Part shown: piece after piece, positions 28,198 through 38,599 of the stretch | How positions within the stretch are numbered: position 1 is the first letter of the stretch | How the letters are laid out: each line of letters opens with the position of its first letter | IMG/VR virus record: IMGVR_UViG_3300007513_000041 | Coordinates: 1 to 60,212 of that record | Origin: a virus | Lineage: Duplodnaviria > Caudoviricetes | DNA: 60,212 bases | Reading direction: 5' to 3' (one strand) | Notes under the pieces: model-generated | The model's database searches: none | Told to the model about the DNA's origin: nothing | Seen by the model: the letters and a program-made list of their open reading frames with translations, nothing else | Position numbers and translations under genes: made by a program

Positions 28198-31096
28198 TTT
28201 CTATACACCTTTATAATTTCACAAATTGTTTTGTCTAGTTCTTGGCATTCAAATAAACAACTAGCGCAGTAATATTTACCTGACCTAATATTCTTGAATA
28301 TTGCATAGTCAGGTTTTTTGTCTTCAGGTACGTCACACATATAATCTCCACGATAACCACCACATTTTTCCCATGTTATACGTTTCATTTCTTATATCCC
28401 TCCCACCCATGACGTTGACAGCAAGCTATAACTTCACACTCACGACAAGCATGAAATGGTGGTGTGTTCTTGAATCTACCACATAAGGCACAACGATCTG
28501 TCATTTCTTTTGGTGTTCGTTGATATCTCATCTTGTTATACCTTTGTTCAAATCTTCACTACATTCACAACCATACTCTTCTTCCCATTCACTTGAATCT
28601 TCTCCATGAATAACTGTTATGATTCCTGTGTCTTTGCATTCTTTACAATCGTATTCATGCGTGCAGTCTTCACAGAATTCCGAATCTTCAACTGTCAAAT
28701 TACCACACCTATTTACGCACTCTATTTCAACCATCTTCTAATTCCTCGTCTGTGTATTGTGAGTTATGAAAGTCGCAGTATGGAATTTCGTTTACTTCTT
28801 GACCACATTCATACATATCTTCTCCAATATGACTGCTTGAATTATCCCTTAGTTTGTTGCCAACATAATATGCTTCTTGACCATGCTCAACATAGTGTGT
28901 GCAGTATCTACTCATTTCGATTCCTCATGTTCTAATTCCTTACCTCTCATGTAGAGCCATGTAAATAATCCGAAGAGCGCCCATCTAAGTAAGGACATAT
29001 TTAACCTCTCCAAAAGTCCAATTTCTTTGACGCTTACCTGTTCCGACTGACTCATCAATGTGAAATTTCCTGTGTCTTTCCTTACGAATATCTGCAAGAT
29101 CATCATCAGGCAACTCTATATTACATAGGTTGCATTTCCAATAAGTAATGTACGGAGTTGTCATTGGCTTAGCACCTTTTTGCTTTGAGGTAGGTCGTGA
29201 TGACCGTTCCTTACTTACAAATGGTACTTTTTTTGTCATGCCTCAAACTCCTTTAATTAGGACTTGAACTTGTGTCATGTCTAATATTCATTACTTTCAT
29301 TTGATCCTCTTCTTCATGTATCTATTTCTACGTGTTCTTTGGATATTCTTGTGGTTTAGATATCTTATTGTTTCATCTCTATCTGCTTTGGTACATATAT
29401 CTATAACACCTGACATTCCTGCTTCTTGTAATTGTTTTTCAGCAATTTTTACCTTGCTTCTTAACGACCTATTCCTTGCAACCGTTTTATTATATAACAA
29501 AGCTCTAAGCATGGAACTAGATTTATTGAACTCTCCTGTCATATCTTTCTTCGATCTGCCTTTGGTTCTTAATGCCTGATTACAACATAGACATCTAAGT
29601 TTCCCAATAGAATCCAAAGGATATGCTATGTTGCATGATATACATTTTGCATGTGTTCCATATGGTGCATTTTTCCAATCACTTGCTGATTTAAACACGC
29701 CTTGTATTATCCACTCATTACACTTATGAATAAACTTCTTGTTATTTGTTCCTCTTCTGTAGGTCATTTTAATCCACACCATTCATGGTTTCTATGAGCT
29801 TGGAATCCATTTACGTTGAGTTCTTTAACATAACCACATTTTTCACATTTAGATAATGCAATCTTAAATAACTCACGTATCTGATCGTTCGTGCATTTAT
29901 ATTCAGGAAAGTAATTCTTTAGCCTGTTGTATGTAATGTTTGTGATATCTACTTTGTATGTCATTTCGATTTCCTCTCACGTTCAATTTTTGCTTTAGTT
30001 CCATCTATCAAACATGATACATTGCTGTAGTTTTTACTATCTAGTATTGCGTAACAGTATTCTTGTGGAAGCATAATAGTGCCTCCATCTTTTGTAACTA
30101 AGCCTACAATGGTTTGATAACCATCAGTAGTATCATCATTGTAAGCAATAAGAAGGTGTTTTGTATCTGTTGTTCTTCTAATGTTCATTTCTATTCCTCC
30201 ATCATTGCTTCTAATTCTTTCTCTGCTAAGTGTTCGCCAATAGCTTCCTTAGTGTTATATATTTTATAACACATAGTACATTGATAGCCATATTTACCAT
30301 CATTAACTAAGTGAACACGCCTAACATCTGAATTAGTAGTCAAAGTATTTCAACTCCTCTTCATAACACTTATGGCAAAGTGATCCTGTATTGAATCCAA
30401 ACTCATCAGGCTCTATCTCTATTGTACCATGCGATCTTATTTCTTGTCTTGCACATTCCCCACCACAAATAAAACATGGTATTTCATAATATCTCATATC
30501 ATGTGTCAGTTTGTTTTTGATTTCTTCACAGTTTTTATAATGCATAAACAATTCTTCATTACTCATTTGTTCTAGTATGGATTTTGGTGTTCGTGATATT
30601 CTTATCAAGTCTTGCTTCTCATACATCAGTATTGAATTAACCAATTTCTTTCTTTCTTTTACTTCTAATGTAGGATCAACTTCTACTTGTAAGTGATTAC
30701 AGTAAGGACATATATTATCAAGTCTTTCTCCTCTTCCTAACTGTTCCTTTATCTTATCACAATCACAAACATCATATACAGCACCTAGCCTTACTCTCTT
30801 AGTTTGATAAGTCTGTTTGTTATCGCCACAACCAATTTCTATATCAACCCAATCCTTTTCCACATTAGTGTTAGGTGGTAATGGCTCTCTTTTGTATGTC
30901 ATGTGTTATCTACCAAGTTCTCTTTTATAAATGTTTCAGCAGGATATTCATCATTAGGCTCATAAAATCCACCATATGTATCTTTGTCTTCCTTATTACA
31001 CTTAACACATATCCACTTTGATTTCTGTAGTCTAAATTGATGATCTTCTAACATAAAACACTTTTTATCTTTTATTTTTCTGTTCATATTAGACAC
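28194..31096 (-). other. Run of small, mostly Cys-rich early-type ORFs (e.g. 28194-28388, 28528-28734, 28727-28915, 28985-29239, 29297-29782, 29764-29964, 29961-30188, 30333-30902, 30899-31096)
   Basis: Tightly overlapping minus-strand ORFs, many with CxxC pairs; 29764-29964 looks RHH-like. Confidence 0.6.
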
Positions 31097-31230
31097 CTAT
31101 ATAGAGGAACGCTCTTGTTTGCTGTGAAAAATATGGTGTACAGGTCGTAGGCTAGAAGACCCACGCCATACCTGTATATGTACGAGTATGTTATTGAGGA
31201 GAGATTCTGCCATATAATATAATGATAACA

Positions 31231-33141
31231 TTAATGCATAACCTCCTGAACAATCTTTCTGAACTCCTTAATAACAAACTTGCTTGCACCATTCATACCT
31301 GTAAATGATACATATCTCTTACCAAATATATCTTTCAACACCTCTCCATATTTCCAATGGTTTGATATGTCTATACATATTATACGAGGAGATATCCTTA
31401 GTGCTTTCTTCAACGCTTTCTTATTCATCTTAATGAGAACGCCTGTTGGTGTGTCTATGTTGTTCTTATAGTATTGTGGTACGCCATCTGTGATCATGAT
31501 TAATAGTTTCTTCCTGCCTTTCCTACCACGTAATTGTTTTGCACTATGAATTAATGCTTCGTGTGTAGGTGTGAACATATAACTATCATGAGTGTTTATC
31601 TTAGAACACTCTTTCAGATTATTGAATGTTGTTATACCTACGTTGCCCTCATAATCAGAAGACCAAACATTTCCTAGTAAGTCAATGTTCTGTACTTTTT
31701 CTGACGCTTTATATAATGTTGCAACTAAGTTGCGAGCGTCAGTCATACGACCACTATTACCCATAGATCCTGATCCGTCTATTGATATGAGAACAGTAGC
31801 ACCTGAGCTTAACTTCTCATTGATCATGCATGGATCATTAGACTGTCTTACCTTTCTGTTAATGAACGCTTCAATATTAACCTCATTCCCATAGTCGTCT
31901 ACGTTTGAAGTGAATTGTTCTGCAAGTTTAGTGAATGTCTTTTGTAGTATACGCGCTGTCTTAGTATCAACATTAACCTTACTCTCATTTCTGCCCACAT
32001 TTTTGATATGTGATGGTGTCATTGATCCCATTTTATTCATGGCTTCTATACTTGCTTTCATATGTTCAACCTCTTCTTTACCGTCTGCCTTATTGAAACC
32101 TACCTCAGTCTTATGTTCCTCTTCTGATTGTGATTCCATTTCTTTAGTTGATTCTAGTATCTCTTCTTGCTCTTCATCAAACACTTCACGTTGTTCCTGA
32201 GTCATATGATTTCTATGTTCGTTTACCATACCACCATGATCATGTGAGTATTTAGTGTTGTTGCTATTCCTCATGCTATTTGTTATCTTAGATTTCTTAT
32301 TGAAAACTTCTTGTTGCTGTTTCTTTAAAGAATCCTTTGCACTCTCAGCATTAGTCGCTTCTGATTCACTAGTTGTAGTTCGTAGTGTTTCTTGCGCAGT
32401 GTTAATACCTTTCTGTAGCTCACGTAGTTTTTCATTCTCATTTTTATAGTCGCGAAGCTTATCTTTTATGTATTCATCAATGTGTTTCTTAGCTCTAACC
32501 AAACATGTTAGCGCACCTCTTGTGCCTGTTTCCTTAACGTCTTCCATGATTTCATTAGCCCAATCTTCACTAAGACTAGGTTGAAAGAATCTAGAAGCCA
32601 ACATTTTATCTGTTGGTGTTAAGGTATACTTAGGATCAGTTGCTCTCATACGCTCGGTGTCTGATAGTAATCGTTTACCTAGATTGGTACGAGTTTCCTC
32701 AAACATCTTTTCTGTTCCTAACCACACATGTTTAGTTAATGATTCAATCCTTTGATCTTCAATGATATTGAATGCTAACATGTACTCGGACATTATTGAT
32801 TTCTTAATACTTGCAAGCCTGTCTGCACTTGCTTCATTAGCAAGTTCTTTATTGCCAGCGACTAAATCATTAGCCCAAGCAGTAGTTAAACCTTTGACAT
32901 TGGGTGCGAAACTATCCCACATTAAGTGAGATAGCTCGTGATATAATGCTGCCTTTCTATTGATTCCTTTCTCATTAGGTGTGCATATATTTATAATGTA
33001 TGTGTTGGCTTTATCAGCAGGTGTCACGTAATTGTTTGTGCCTCTTTGATACGTTAGATCTATTGATAGACCTTTGATATCTTCTATAATGTTTGCACGT
33101 TTCTTAAAGTATTCTTGATGTGTTAGATATTCTGTTTTCAT
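31231..33141 (-). CDS. vWA-domain protein with N-terminal HExxH (CobT-like MoxR partner)
   Basis: YHELSH, FNIIEDQRIE, MIDAS DGSGS, TPT, ITDG. Confidence 0.88.
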   Translation of the reverse strand: MKTEYLTHQEYFKKRANIIEDIKGLSIDLTYQRGTNNYVTPADKANTYIINICTPNEKGINRKAALYHELSHLMWDSFAPNVKGLTTAWANDLVAGNKELANEASADRLASIKKSIMSEYMLAFNIIEDQRIESLTKHVWLGTEKMFEETRTNLGKRLLSDTERMRATDPKYTLTPTDKMLASRFFQPSLSEDWANEIMEDVKETGTRGALTCLVRAKKHIDEYIKDKLRDYKNENEKLRELQKGINTAQETLRTTTSESEATNAESAKDSLKKQQQEVFNKKSKITNSMRNSNNTKYSHDHGGMVNEHRNHMTQEQREVFDEEQEEILESTKEMESQSEEEHKTEVGFNKADGKEEVEHMKASIEAMNKMGSMTPSHIKNVGRNESKVNVDTKTARILQKTFTKLAEQFTSNVDDYGNEVNIEAFINRKVRQSNDPCMINEKLSSGATVLISIDGSGSMGNSGRMTDARNLVATLYKASEKVQNIDLLGNVWSSDYEGNVGITTFNNLKECSKINTHDSYMFTPTHEALIHSAKQLRGRKGRKKLLIMITDGVPQYYKNNIDTPTGVLIKMNKKALKKALRISPRIICIDISNHWKYGEVLKDIFGKRYVSFTGMNGASKFVIKEFRKIVQEVMH

Positions 33142-33252
33142 TTTAATCCCTGTCCTGCATGTAGTCTTCGAAGTCTACTTCAATACATACATAGTATGTA
33201 TCGACTACACCACAATGCTTACACTCTATCTCTTGTTCTGATTCTACTTCCA

Positions 33253-33546
33253 TTATATATCTACTCCATTCTTTTCTAAGAAGTCTTTTACTTTATCGAA
33301 GTCAATTTCCATTATCTCATTGTATGTGCTATACATTCTTTCTTTAGGATATATGTAGTAGTCACTGTAAAGATATCTTAATGTATCAAGTATCTCATCT
33401 TTCGTTGCATGATTCACAAACCTCGTTCTATCTGTAAGAGAATCCAATGCTCTCTCACAACTAAGTAGTTCATACTTTAGATGTTCTACATGTGGCTTAA
33501 GTAAGTCAACAGCATAATCCCTATCCTTAATGATCATCTTAGTCAT
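33253..33546 (-). CDS. Hypothetical protein
   Basis: Coupled ORF. Confidence 0.5.
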   Translation of the reverse strand: MTKMIIKDRDYAVDLLKPHVEHLKYELLSCERALDSLTDRTRFVNHATKDEILDTLRYLYSDYYIYPKERMYSTYNEIMEIDFDKVKDFLEKNGVDI

Positions 33547-33836
33547 GCCCGTGCCTCCTCATCATCATAGATAAGTAATGCACGTTCGAACTCGCCCTCA
33601 TACTTATCGTTGATAATGTATTGAAACTCATACTTCACATCAACTATGTGTCGTGTCAATATGTTTGTACCGTTGATAATAAATTTCTTTCTTAATCCGT
33701 TGGGATCAAACAATGGTACAAGACTAATGAACTCATTGATCTGTTCGTCAATAGGTATAGTGTTCTTGATTGTAGGTGGTTTACTCTCTTCCCTAAGTTT
33801 AGGGAAGAAGAGTTTAACCTTACGAACGCTGGTCAT
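33543..33836 (-). CDS. Hypothetical protein
   Basis: Coupled ORF. Confidence 0.5.
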   Translation of the reverse strand: MTSVRKVKLFFPKLREESKPPTIKNTIPIDEQINEFISLVPLFDPNGLRKKFIINGTNILTRHIVDVKYEFQYIINDKYEGEFERALLIYDDEEARA

Positions 33837-35008
33837 AACGTGATACCAAATGTATCTGCTATGGAATTCTTTATGAACTCACGTTCAGTTGCGTCTCCAT
33901 ACTTAACAAGTAAGCATGTTTTAATACACTTCCTCTTGAGCTGATCTCCATCTAGTCCGTCTTTCAACCATACTCTATACATGTCTGTGAACTGTACTAT
34001 ATCTCTAGGAGATAATACATACTCGACATCTCCTTTCACTCTAGAACTGTGTGTGTCCTGAACTACCTGAAGTAATGGAGCTGATACGTCATCAGGAATA
34101 TCCTCCCAATTAATTATCTTGTCCAAGTCTTTACTTGATGGGTAATCCCATACTGCACCAACATATCTAGACCTCAAGTCTTCTGTCAACTGATTCACAC
34201 CTGCATAATAACTAGGATTCATTGATGATATAACAATCAACTTACAATCATCATCTAATTTGAATTGTTTGTTGTTTGCTACTACCATATGTCTGTCGTC
34301 TAATACAGGGTTAAGTATCTTCTGCATTTCAGGCTCAAGTGCGTTAACTTCATCTAAGTATAGGCATGCTTTCTTATACTTGTTGGCACATAGTATTGCT
34401 CTTGGCAATACACCTAGATCAAAGTACGATCCGTTCTCATCTACTTGTGATCTACCTAAGAGATCTCCCTCTCTTGTACCACTAGAACAAGCATGAAATA
34501 CTAAGTGAGTCTGCGTATCATAAGACACATCATAAACACACAACGTCTTACCTAATCCTTTATCTCCCTCAATGAGATAAGGATATGGTATGTCCATTGT
34601 GAATTGTTTAAGTAGGTCTTGTCTTTCGTCATCTATCTCAATATAATTACCCCATTTATAAGGCTTGTATTGATCGAAGTCTACGACACCGAACTTTGTT
34701 GTATGATTACCTGTCTGATTAGGCTTAGATTGTTTGACTTCCTCTACTACCTGTTGAGTTTCCTGTACCTGTTGCTTAGGGTTAAGGATCTCTTCAATAG
34801 ACATAGCTGATTCTACTGTTGCTACTTCAGGTGTAGGCTCTCCCATGTGTAAGCCCTTAATATATTCTAAGAACTCAGGCGATCTTACTAACTCAGTATA
34901 ATGTTGCGCTCTGTCTTCAGCTACACTCTTACGTGTGAAATTATCGCGCGCTATCTCCCTTGCTTTCAATGTCAATTCGTATCTTAACTCTTCATCTGTT
35001 TGTGTCAT
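33833..35008 (-). CDS. MoxR/CobS-like AAA+ ATPase
   Basis: GDKGLGKT, LYLDEVN, SSMNP, DLRSRY, SPR. Confidence 0.9.
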   Translation of the reverse strand: MTQTDEELRYELTLKAREIARDNFTRKSVAEDRAQHYTELVRSPEFLEYIKGLHMGEPTPEVATVESAMSIEEILNPKQQVQETQQVVEEVKQSKPNQTGNHTTKFGVVDFDQYKPYKWGNYIEIDDERQDLLKQFTMDIPYPYLIEGDKGLGKTLCVYDVSYDTQTHLVFHACSSGTREGDLLGRSQVDENGSYFDLGVLPRAILCANKYKKACLYLDEVNALEPEMQKILNPVLDDRHMVVANNKQFKLDDDCKLIVISSMNPSYYAGVNQLTEDLRSRYVGAVWDYPSSKDLDKIINWEDIPDDVSAPLLQVVQDTHSSRVKGDVEYVLSPRDIVQFTDMYRVWLKDGLDGDQLKRKCIKTCLLVKYGDATEREFIKNSIADTFGITL

Positions 35009-35406
35009 TATCTATTTTCCTCACGCCAATTACTTTGTGAGTGATTGTGCTTATACTTATGAGATTCTCCCATGATCTTACCGATTTCATCATCTAATAT
35101 CTTTGTGGATTTATAAGCCTCTTCTCCTATAATACCCATGACCTCTACGATATCTTGATTCATAAATCTATTGAATGATTCACTCGCGATACCTAGTTTT
35201 GTACCAACTCTATCATGCAAGTCATTCATATAGTCTGCACCTAACTTACGCGTTTCAATAGCTGCGCCTTCATTATGTGATCTCTTCTCGGCACTTGTTA
35301 TTGTCTGTCTTATAATCTCAGCGATTGCATTTAGATAACCAAATGTAAATGCTGTGACCTCTCCTCTAGTCATGTCATGATCTGAGGGTAAACTACTTGT
35401 GTTCAT
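35008..35406 (-). CDS. Hypothetical protein
   Basis: Coupled ORF. Confidence 0.55.
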   Translation of the reverse strand: MNTSSLPSDHDMTRGEVTAFTFGYLNAIAEIIRQTITSAEKRSHNEGAAIETRKLGADYMNDLHDRVGTKLGIASESFNRFMNQDIVEVMGIIGEEAYKSTKILDDEIGKIMGESHKYKHNHSQSNWREENR

Positions 35407-35624
35407 TTACTTTCTACCTCATCTTCTTCAGTCAATTCGTCAAGCTTATCATCAAGTTCATCAATCTGATCTTCATGATCTTCAACCGTAGACTCAAGAC
35501 CATCACATTTATCTTCAAGCTCAGCAAGCCTTTCTACTATTGATTCCAAAGCATACTCTTCTAATGCATTAAGTCTATTATGCAAAGAATCCAATGCTTC
35601 TTCCATCATTTTCTTGTCCGTCAT
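35403..35624 (-). CDS. Highly acidic coiled-coil protein
   Basis: ...LESTVEDHEDQIDELDDKLDELTEEDEVESK. Confidence 0.6.
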   Translation of the reverse strand: MTDKKMMEEALDSLHNRLNALEEYALESIVERLAELEDKCDGLESTVEDHEDQIDELDDKLDELTEEDEVESK

Positions 35625-35729
35625 CTTAATCACGCTACTGATTACATGTATTATATATCTAAGCGATACCCACCACCTCGGTTGCACTTAGAAGTGCTAC
35701 AAAACATGAACTGATTACATTGTTCATCA

Positions 35730-35775
35730 TAAAAAAGGGTAGAGAGCGAGGCGCTACTTTATACCTCACTCTCAG
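35730..35775 (-). terminator. Hairpin plus U-run
   Basis: Minus strand GAGAGTGAGG/CCTCGCTCTC stem followed by TACCCTTTTTT, after ORF 35787-36323. Confidence 0.5.
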
Positions 35776-35786
35776 TTGTACTGATC

Positions 35787-36323
35787 TCATGTTGATACCC
35801 TCGTATCATTGTATAGGCTTTCGAAAGACTCTCTCATTACAGGAGAATCCTTTGAAACTACTGATACCTTTGTATCATTGTGGGAACTAGGTGCGCCTAC
35901 ACGCCTAAACATAGCCACACCTAGTTTTACCAGCTCGTCTTTATCTATGTGCAATAGTTTAATTCGTTGCTTGAATCCAAAGCGCAACTGATTATGTTCC
36001 ATGTATTGATTAAAGCCCTCGACAAGTCTGTTTGTCTTATCAAGCTCTTCCTCAAATACATATGCAATTAGACCTTGTTGTCTATGTTTATCGCTGTTTT
36101 CAATAAACTCAGACACCTTTCTAATCACATATTGTAGGCGCTTCAGTTGGCGTTGTTCTCTATTGCTTTCACTCATAGATATGAGATCAGGAATACCCAT
36201 GAGTTTACAGGCAGTTGCTCTTGCCTTTTCATACTCATGTGTACTTACACGTCTGTCTATGCATGATATTACATCAGACATAGGTGTAGACGTTCGTCTT
36301 CCTGTTTTCTTTAAGTTAGTCAT
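35787..36323 (-). CDS. Hypothetical early protein
   Basis: 178-aa ORF. Confidence 0.55.
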   Translation of the reverse strand: MTNLKKTGRRTSTPMSDVISCIDRRVSTHEYEKARATACKLMGIPDLISMSESNREQRQLKRLQYVIRKVSEFIENSDKHRQQGLIAYVFEEELDKTNRLVEGFNQYMEHNQLRFGFKQRIKLLHIDKDELVKLGVAMFRRVGAPSSHNDTKVSVVSKDSPVMRESFESLYNDTRVST

Positions 36324-36678
36324 TAGCTATACCACTCCAATATATTAACTTCATAAACGGATTGACACCGTTGTCATTAATGAACTTCCCATTATCATTA
36401 GGCTTTACAATATTGCGTAGGTTATTTAATCGTTCCTTTTCCATAGCTATTCTTTTCTTTTCAGGTATCACGTTATTAAGCACACGCTGGGTGTTTCGTT
36501 CCTTATCCATATCTTGTACAGCTACGACTCCATGAATATGCATACGCTCCCTATCATCTACAGTGTAGGGTGTGTTAACTCTCTTACCATTTACCAAGTG
36601 GCACGTTTTCTTCACGCGATCAATAAAAGGCGACCTATATGAATTGGTGTTTATACTACAATCATCTGCAGTCATCAA
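36316..36678 (-). CDS. Hypothetical early protein
   Basis: ORF overlapping the next gene. Confidence 0.5.
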   Translation of the reverse strand: MMTADDCSINTNSYRSPFIDRVKKTCHLVNGKRVNTPYTVDDRERMHIHGVVAVQDMDKERNTQRVLNNVIPEKKRIAMEKERLNNLRNIVKPNDNGKFINDNGVNPFMKLIYWSGIAND

Positions 36679-36799
36679 AATCTAAAGGTTGCCAGCTTGC
36701 ATAAAAAGGTATTGTTTTGTGCCTGACTTGTGCCTAGCATTTTTCAAACAGTCGTCTAACACTGTATACATACATTAATCACAACAACAGTAGAAGCAG

Positions 36800-37450
36800 T
36801 AGTATGCGTAAGCATTAGGCGTAAGCCCTACATATCGTTATACTTATTGTTATATAATATATGTATTTGATTAATAGATTACACTACCATACAGTATAAT
36901 AATACGCGTACGCGTATGTATAATAATAAATATAAATACATATCTTTATGCGTAATTAGGCACGAAGTTTCAACCTGCATACGTTACGCGCGTAATATAT
37001 AATATAATATAATATATAATATAATATAATAATAACATAGTATAATACTAATATAATAATAGTGTACATATACGCGTAAGGCACAAATATTTCCTGTACC
37101 CATAGCCCTCACATGCGCATCTGCCCTTACACGTACGCGTACTGTACGCGTAATAGGATACATTATTTTTAACTTCAGACAACTCGCCTGCTGCGTTGTC
37201 TAGGCGTAATGAGCAGCAACTCCCTTCGCTAATTACACGGGCATCTCGTTTCTTTACACATATTTCAGGCTCTCCATACGCGCGCGTACCCTAAGAGATA
37301 TAATTTCCATGCCTATTTACTCATGAATTGTTATACCCTAATACGCGTATGTGTATGCGTAATAATATATATAATAATAATATAATATAATAATATAATA
37401 TAATAATATAATATATAATATAAATAAATAATAATAATAATACATAGTGT
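36800..37450. repeat. AT-only tracts interleaved with TACGCGTA-type palindromes (candidate origin or terminus element)
   Basis: G/C-free run ~37360-37442; near G/C-free run ~36993-37060; ATACGCGTACGCGTAT palindrome 36902-36917; further (T)ACGCG motifs. Confidence 0.6.
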
Positions 37451-37681
37451 ACAAATTACCTTAGTAGTGTACGGATTTAACCTAAGCCTAGGGTTAATGA
37501 CTGATTTTGACACTAACCCTAGGTTAAGTAAGTATGCTATGTTCGTATCTCATAGGCTCACACATTACTTACGCTCAGTCAAAACCGAAGACCAATGGCT
37601 TGTTTCTCCTTTTCCTTGACCCGAACGAATTTTTAACGGTGGATAATGAATCCACTTACGGAAATACGTTAACTATAAAGA

Positions 37682-37783
37682 GTGGAACGAATGGGATTTG
37701 AACCCATAACAGCCAGCAATTAACACTGTTTAGACGCAGTTAATTTACGCCTCACTATGATACCAAGTTTCACCATCTTCCAC
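37682..37783 (-). ncRNA. tRNA-like element with non-canonical anticodon region
   Basis: Stem GTGGAAGA/TC(G)TTCCAC; D-arm GTGA-AACTTGGTA-TCAT; T-arm ATGGG-TTCAAAT-CCCAT; TATA box upstream. Confidence 0.7.
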
Positions 37784-37811
37784 ACGCTTAGTTATTAGCT
37801 AAGTATAATAT

Positions 37812-37949
37812 GTTATTATATAATATATTGCGCATATGCTCATGGTTTCTCTGTCCCAAAACGGGATGAACTGGGATGAATGTTCTCCAATACAACCAAA
37901 GGGATTTACCCCTAAGCGCTCTATTAAGATGACGATATTATATAATAAC
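37812..37949. promoter_or_regulatory. Divergent TATA promoters forming a 15-bp inverted repeat
   Basis: GTTATTATATAATAT (37812-37826) and ATATTATATAATAAC (37935-37949). Confidence 0.55.
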
Positions 37950-38281
37950 TGTAATACTAGGAATTACAACCTAGGGACAATTACTGCTCAAAGGCAAACC
38001 TAGGGACAACTTTTACGACCTAGCGTCTAATAACGTGATGTTTTTTATACACCCTATATCGTATTTTGATAGATATTTAGAACAAACTTGTTGCCTAAAA
38101 AATCCCAAACTTACTTTATCCATTATGTAGACTATGAAATTATCATATATCATTGAGCGTGTAAACTCAGTGATTTGGCTCGCTGAATATATGATAACTG
38201 TAAGTAGATTATATGATAAGAAAGAAAGGGTCATTACGTGACCAATCGGATATTTTACAAGTAAACTAGGCGTTATTCTGT

Positions 38282-38599
38282 CTAGATTGCAGGTGCTATT
38301 GAAACAATGACCGATTGAGTATCGATCTTTAAGCCTTTAGCCTGCGCATATTCGCGCAATTTCATAAAGCCAGTTTTGTCCTTAGTCCTAAAACCAGACT
38401 GAGGCAAAAGTACGCCTTTTGAAACTAACTCAGCAAGAATGCCTGATGTTTTGGCTTCTACTGCTGGTGCTAGTGCTTCAATAACAGGTGTTTCGATTTC
38501 TGCAGTCACTGAAGAAGCTTCAACCAAATTAAAACCATGAGCCTTAGCCCATGCCTTAACTAGTGCCTTTTCAGTAGCTGACGAGTCTTTACTACCCAT
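38282..38599 (-). CDS. Small putative DNA-binding protein (Lsr2-like helices)
   Basis: LVKAWAKAHG and LREYAQAKG; TTTATATATAA box upstream. Confidence 0.55.
   Translation of the reverse strand: MGSKDSSATEKALVKAWAKAHGFNLVEASSVTAEIETPVIEALAPAVEAKTSGILAELVSKGVLLPQSGFRTKDKTGFMKLREYAQAKGLKIDTQSVIVSIAPAI

Noticed and set aside
37331-37513. 60-aa Ile/Tyr-rich ORF
   Set aside because: Translation of the AT-only tract; not a credible protein
37460-37681. Hammerhead, pistol or other known small ribozyme
   Set aside because: Could not find the conserved cores (e.g. CUGANGA...GAAA) in correct context by eye
37682-37783. Functional amber suppressor or recoded genetic code
   Set aside because: Core genes are intact in the standard code, several end in TAG (e.g. 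capsid, followed by a terminator), and the CUA loop is 8 nt on a non-standard arm
37968-38009. Mini-CRISPR array
   Set aside because: Only two 13-bp repeats with a 16-nt spacer; too short
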